64,000 nt of DNA from Octopus vulgaris (Eukaryota): the NCBI GenBank assembly GCA_951406725.2, contig OX597821.1:77686001-77750000 (forward strand), given 5' to 3'. Position 1 is the stretch's first letter; each line of letters opens with the position of its first letter. This document shows, piece by piece, positions 62,804 to 64,000 of the stretch. Made by a program: the position numbers and the translations under genes. The notes under the pieces were generated by a model. That model saw only the letters and a list, made by a program, of their open reading frames with translations. It did no database searches and was not told the DNA's origin.

Positions 62804-63186
62804 AGGTGCAGGAGTGGCTGTGTGGTAGCTTGCTTTCCAACCACATGGTTCCGGGTTCAGTCCCACTGCATGGCACCTTGGGCCGACCAAAGCCTTGTGA
62901 GTGGATTTGGTAGACGGAAATTGAAAGAAACCCGTCGTATATATAGATATGTATATGTATTTGCATGTATGTGTTTGTGTGTCTGTGTTTGTCCCACTAA
63001 CATCCCTTGACAACTGATGCTGATGTGTTTATGTCCCTGTAAGTTAGTAGTTCAGCAAAAAGAGACCGGTAGAATAAGTACTAGGCTTACAAAGACTAAG
63101 TCCTGGGGGTCGATTTGCTCGACTAAAGGTGGTGCTCCAGCATGGCCACAGTCAAATGACTGAAACAAGTAAAAGAATAAAAGAAT
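62804..63186 (+). mobile_element. SINE family A, near full length
   Basis: Match to consensus. Confidence 0.88.
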
Positions 63187-63604
63187 ATATATACACACAC
63201 ACACTCACATGAACATACATGTATCAGGTTGTTCATGAATACTACTCATAACATGTAGCAACCAAACCATGTGACATGTCTGCTGCCCAACAACCTAACT
63301 ACATTCTTTTGTGAAGATGGCACACCTAATTACAAAACTCAACATGCATGATTAAACTCTAACAATTAGTACTTTAATCAAATTTAATGAACGAAAATCC
63401 TTCATACCATTTCCCCGCCATAACCTACCATACAGTATAATTACCATTCAACAGAACTCTAGTTACCATTGAAAATTTTAAACTTAACCAGGGACTATAT
63501 AACATCAAAAGCCCAATGATGGCTCAGCTGACCACAACTTCAAAGTCACTGTCAAAACTATTCTTCTTGTTAAAGATTAATAAACATTATATATATATAT
63601 ATAC

Positions 63605-63825
63605 TTCATTAAAAAGTAGTACAAATATCACAAAAACTGTTACTCAGAGTTTCACGTTCTCTTTTGTCAACAGTTTTGTTCTAAACAAAACTTTCTGATG
63701 AATAGGAACGTGAAACTCTGAGTAACAGTTTCTGTGGTATTTTTGCTGCTTTTTAATAAAGCATATTATTCTACCTTTGGTATTTGAGTACTATTTTTTT
63801 TGCCACCTTGTTCCACATTTATGTG
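63605..63825. repeat. Foldback element with hammerhead-like CTGATGA..GAAAC
   Basis: aaactgttactcagagtttcacgttc / gaacgtgaaactctgagtaacagttt perfect arms; right flank matches 26730-26800 reverse complement. Confidence 0.75.
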
Positions 63826-63829
63826 CTTA

Positions 63830-64000
63830 GAGCTCCTACTTCTGCTGGTGACAAAGGGCATCTCGCTCAGAGTAAAAGTTAGACTGTATGATGCATGTGT
63901 ACAAACTGCCATGCTACATGGCAGTGAAACATGGGCCGTAACTGCTGAGGACATGCATAAGCTTGCAAGGAATGAAGCCAGTATGCTCTGCTGGATGTCT
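63830..64000 (+). mobile_element. 5'-truncated RTE-clade LINE ORF fragment (runs off window)
   Basis: ELLLLLVTKGISLRVKVRLYDACVQTAMLHGSETWAVTAEDMHKLARNEASMLCWM. Confidence 0.85.

Overview
Eukaryotic, AT-rich, repeat-saturated genomic DNA. The SINE/LINE families and microsatellite load look like an octopus (coleoid cephalopod) genome; this is inference, no search was run. Main contents: (1) a near-full-length CR1-clade LINE (~900-5100) with a frameshifted PHD-finger/polyQ ORF1 and an open 921-aa APE+RT ORF2 that has no start AUG and overlaps ORF1 at a canonical G GGA AAC -1 slippery site; (2) five phase-consistent coding exons (55300-61833, + strand, mostly absent from the ORF track) of a divergent poly(ADP-ribose) glycohydrolase-like gene whose catalytic loop reads IGFANRFLGGHILSKGRCQ instead of VDFAN..GGG....QEE; (3) a tRNA-headed short element with a Penelope-type minimal hammerhead ribozyme motif, present twice as head-to-head foldbacks (17755-18015, 60215-60673), plus two other hammerhead-like/foldback families; (4) a 48-bp E-box-rich minisatellite with a 4-mer higher-order structure and a CpG-decay gradient beside a probable promoter (~34500-35400); (5) many tRNA-SINEs, RTE 3' ends, mariner/Tc1, hAT and Helitron-type elements, often nested. 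Most ORFs in the supplied track are microsatellite or SINE artefacts. Repeat boundaries were read by eye and are approximate.
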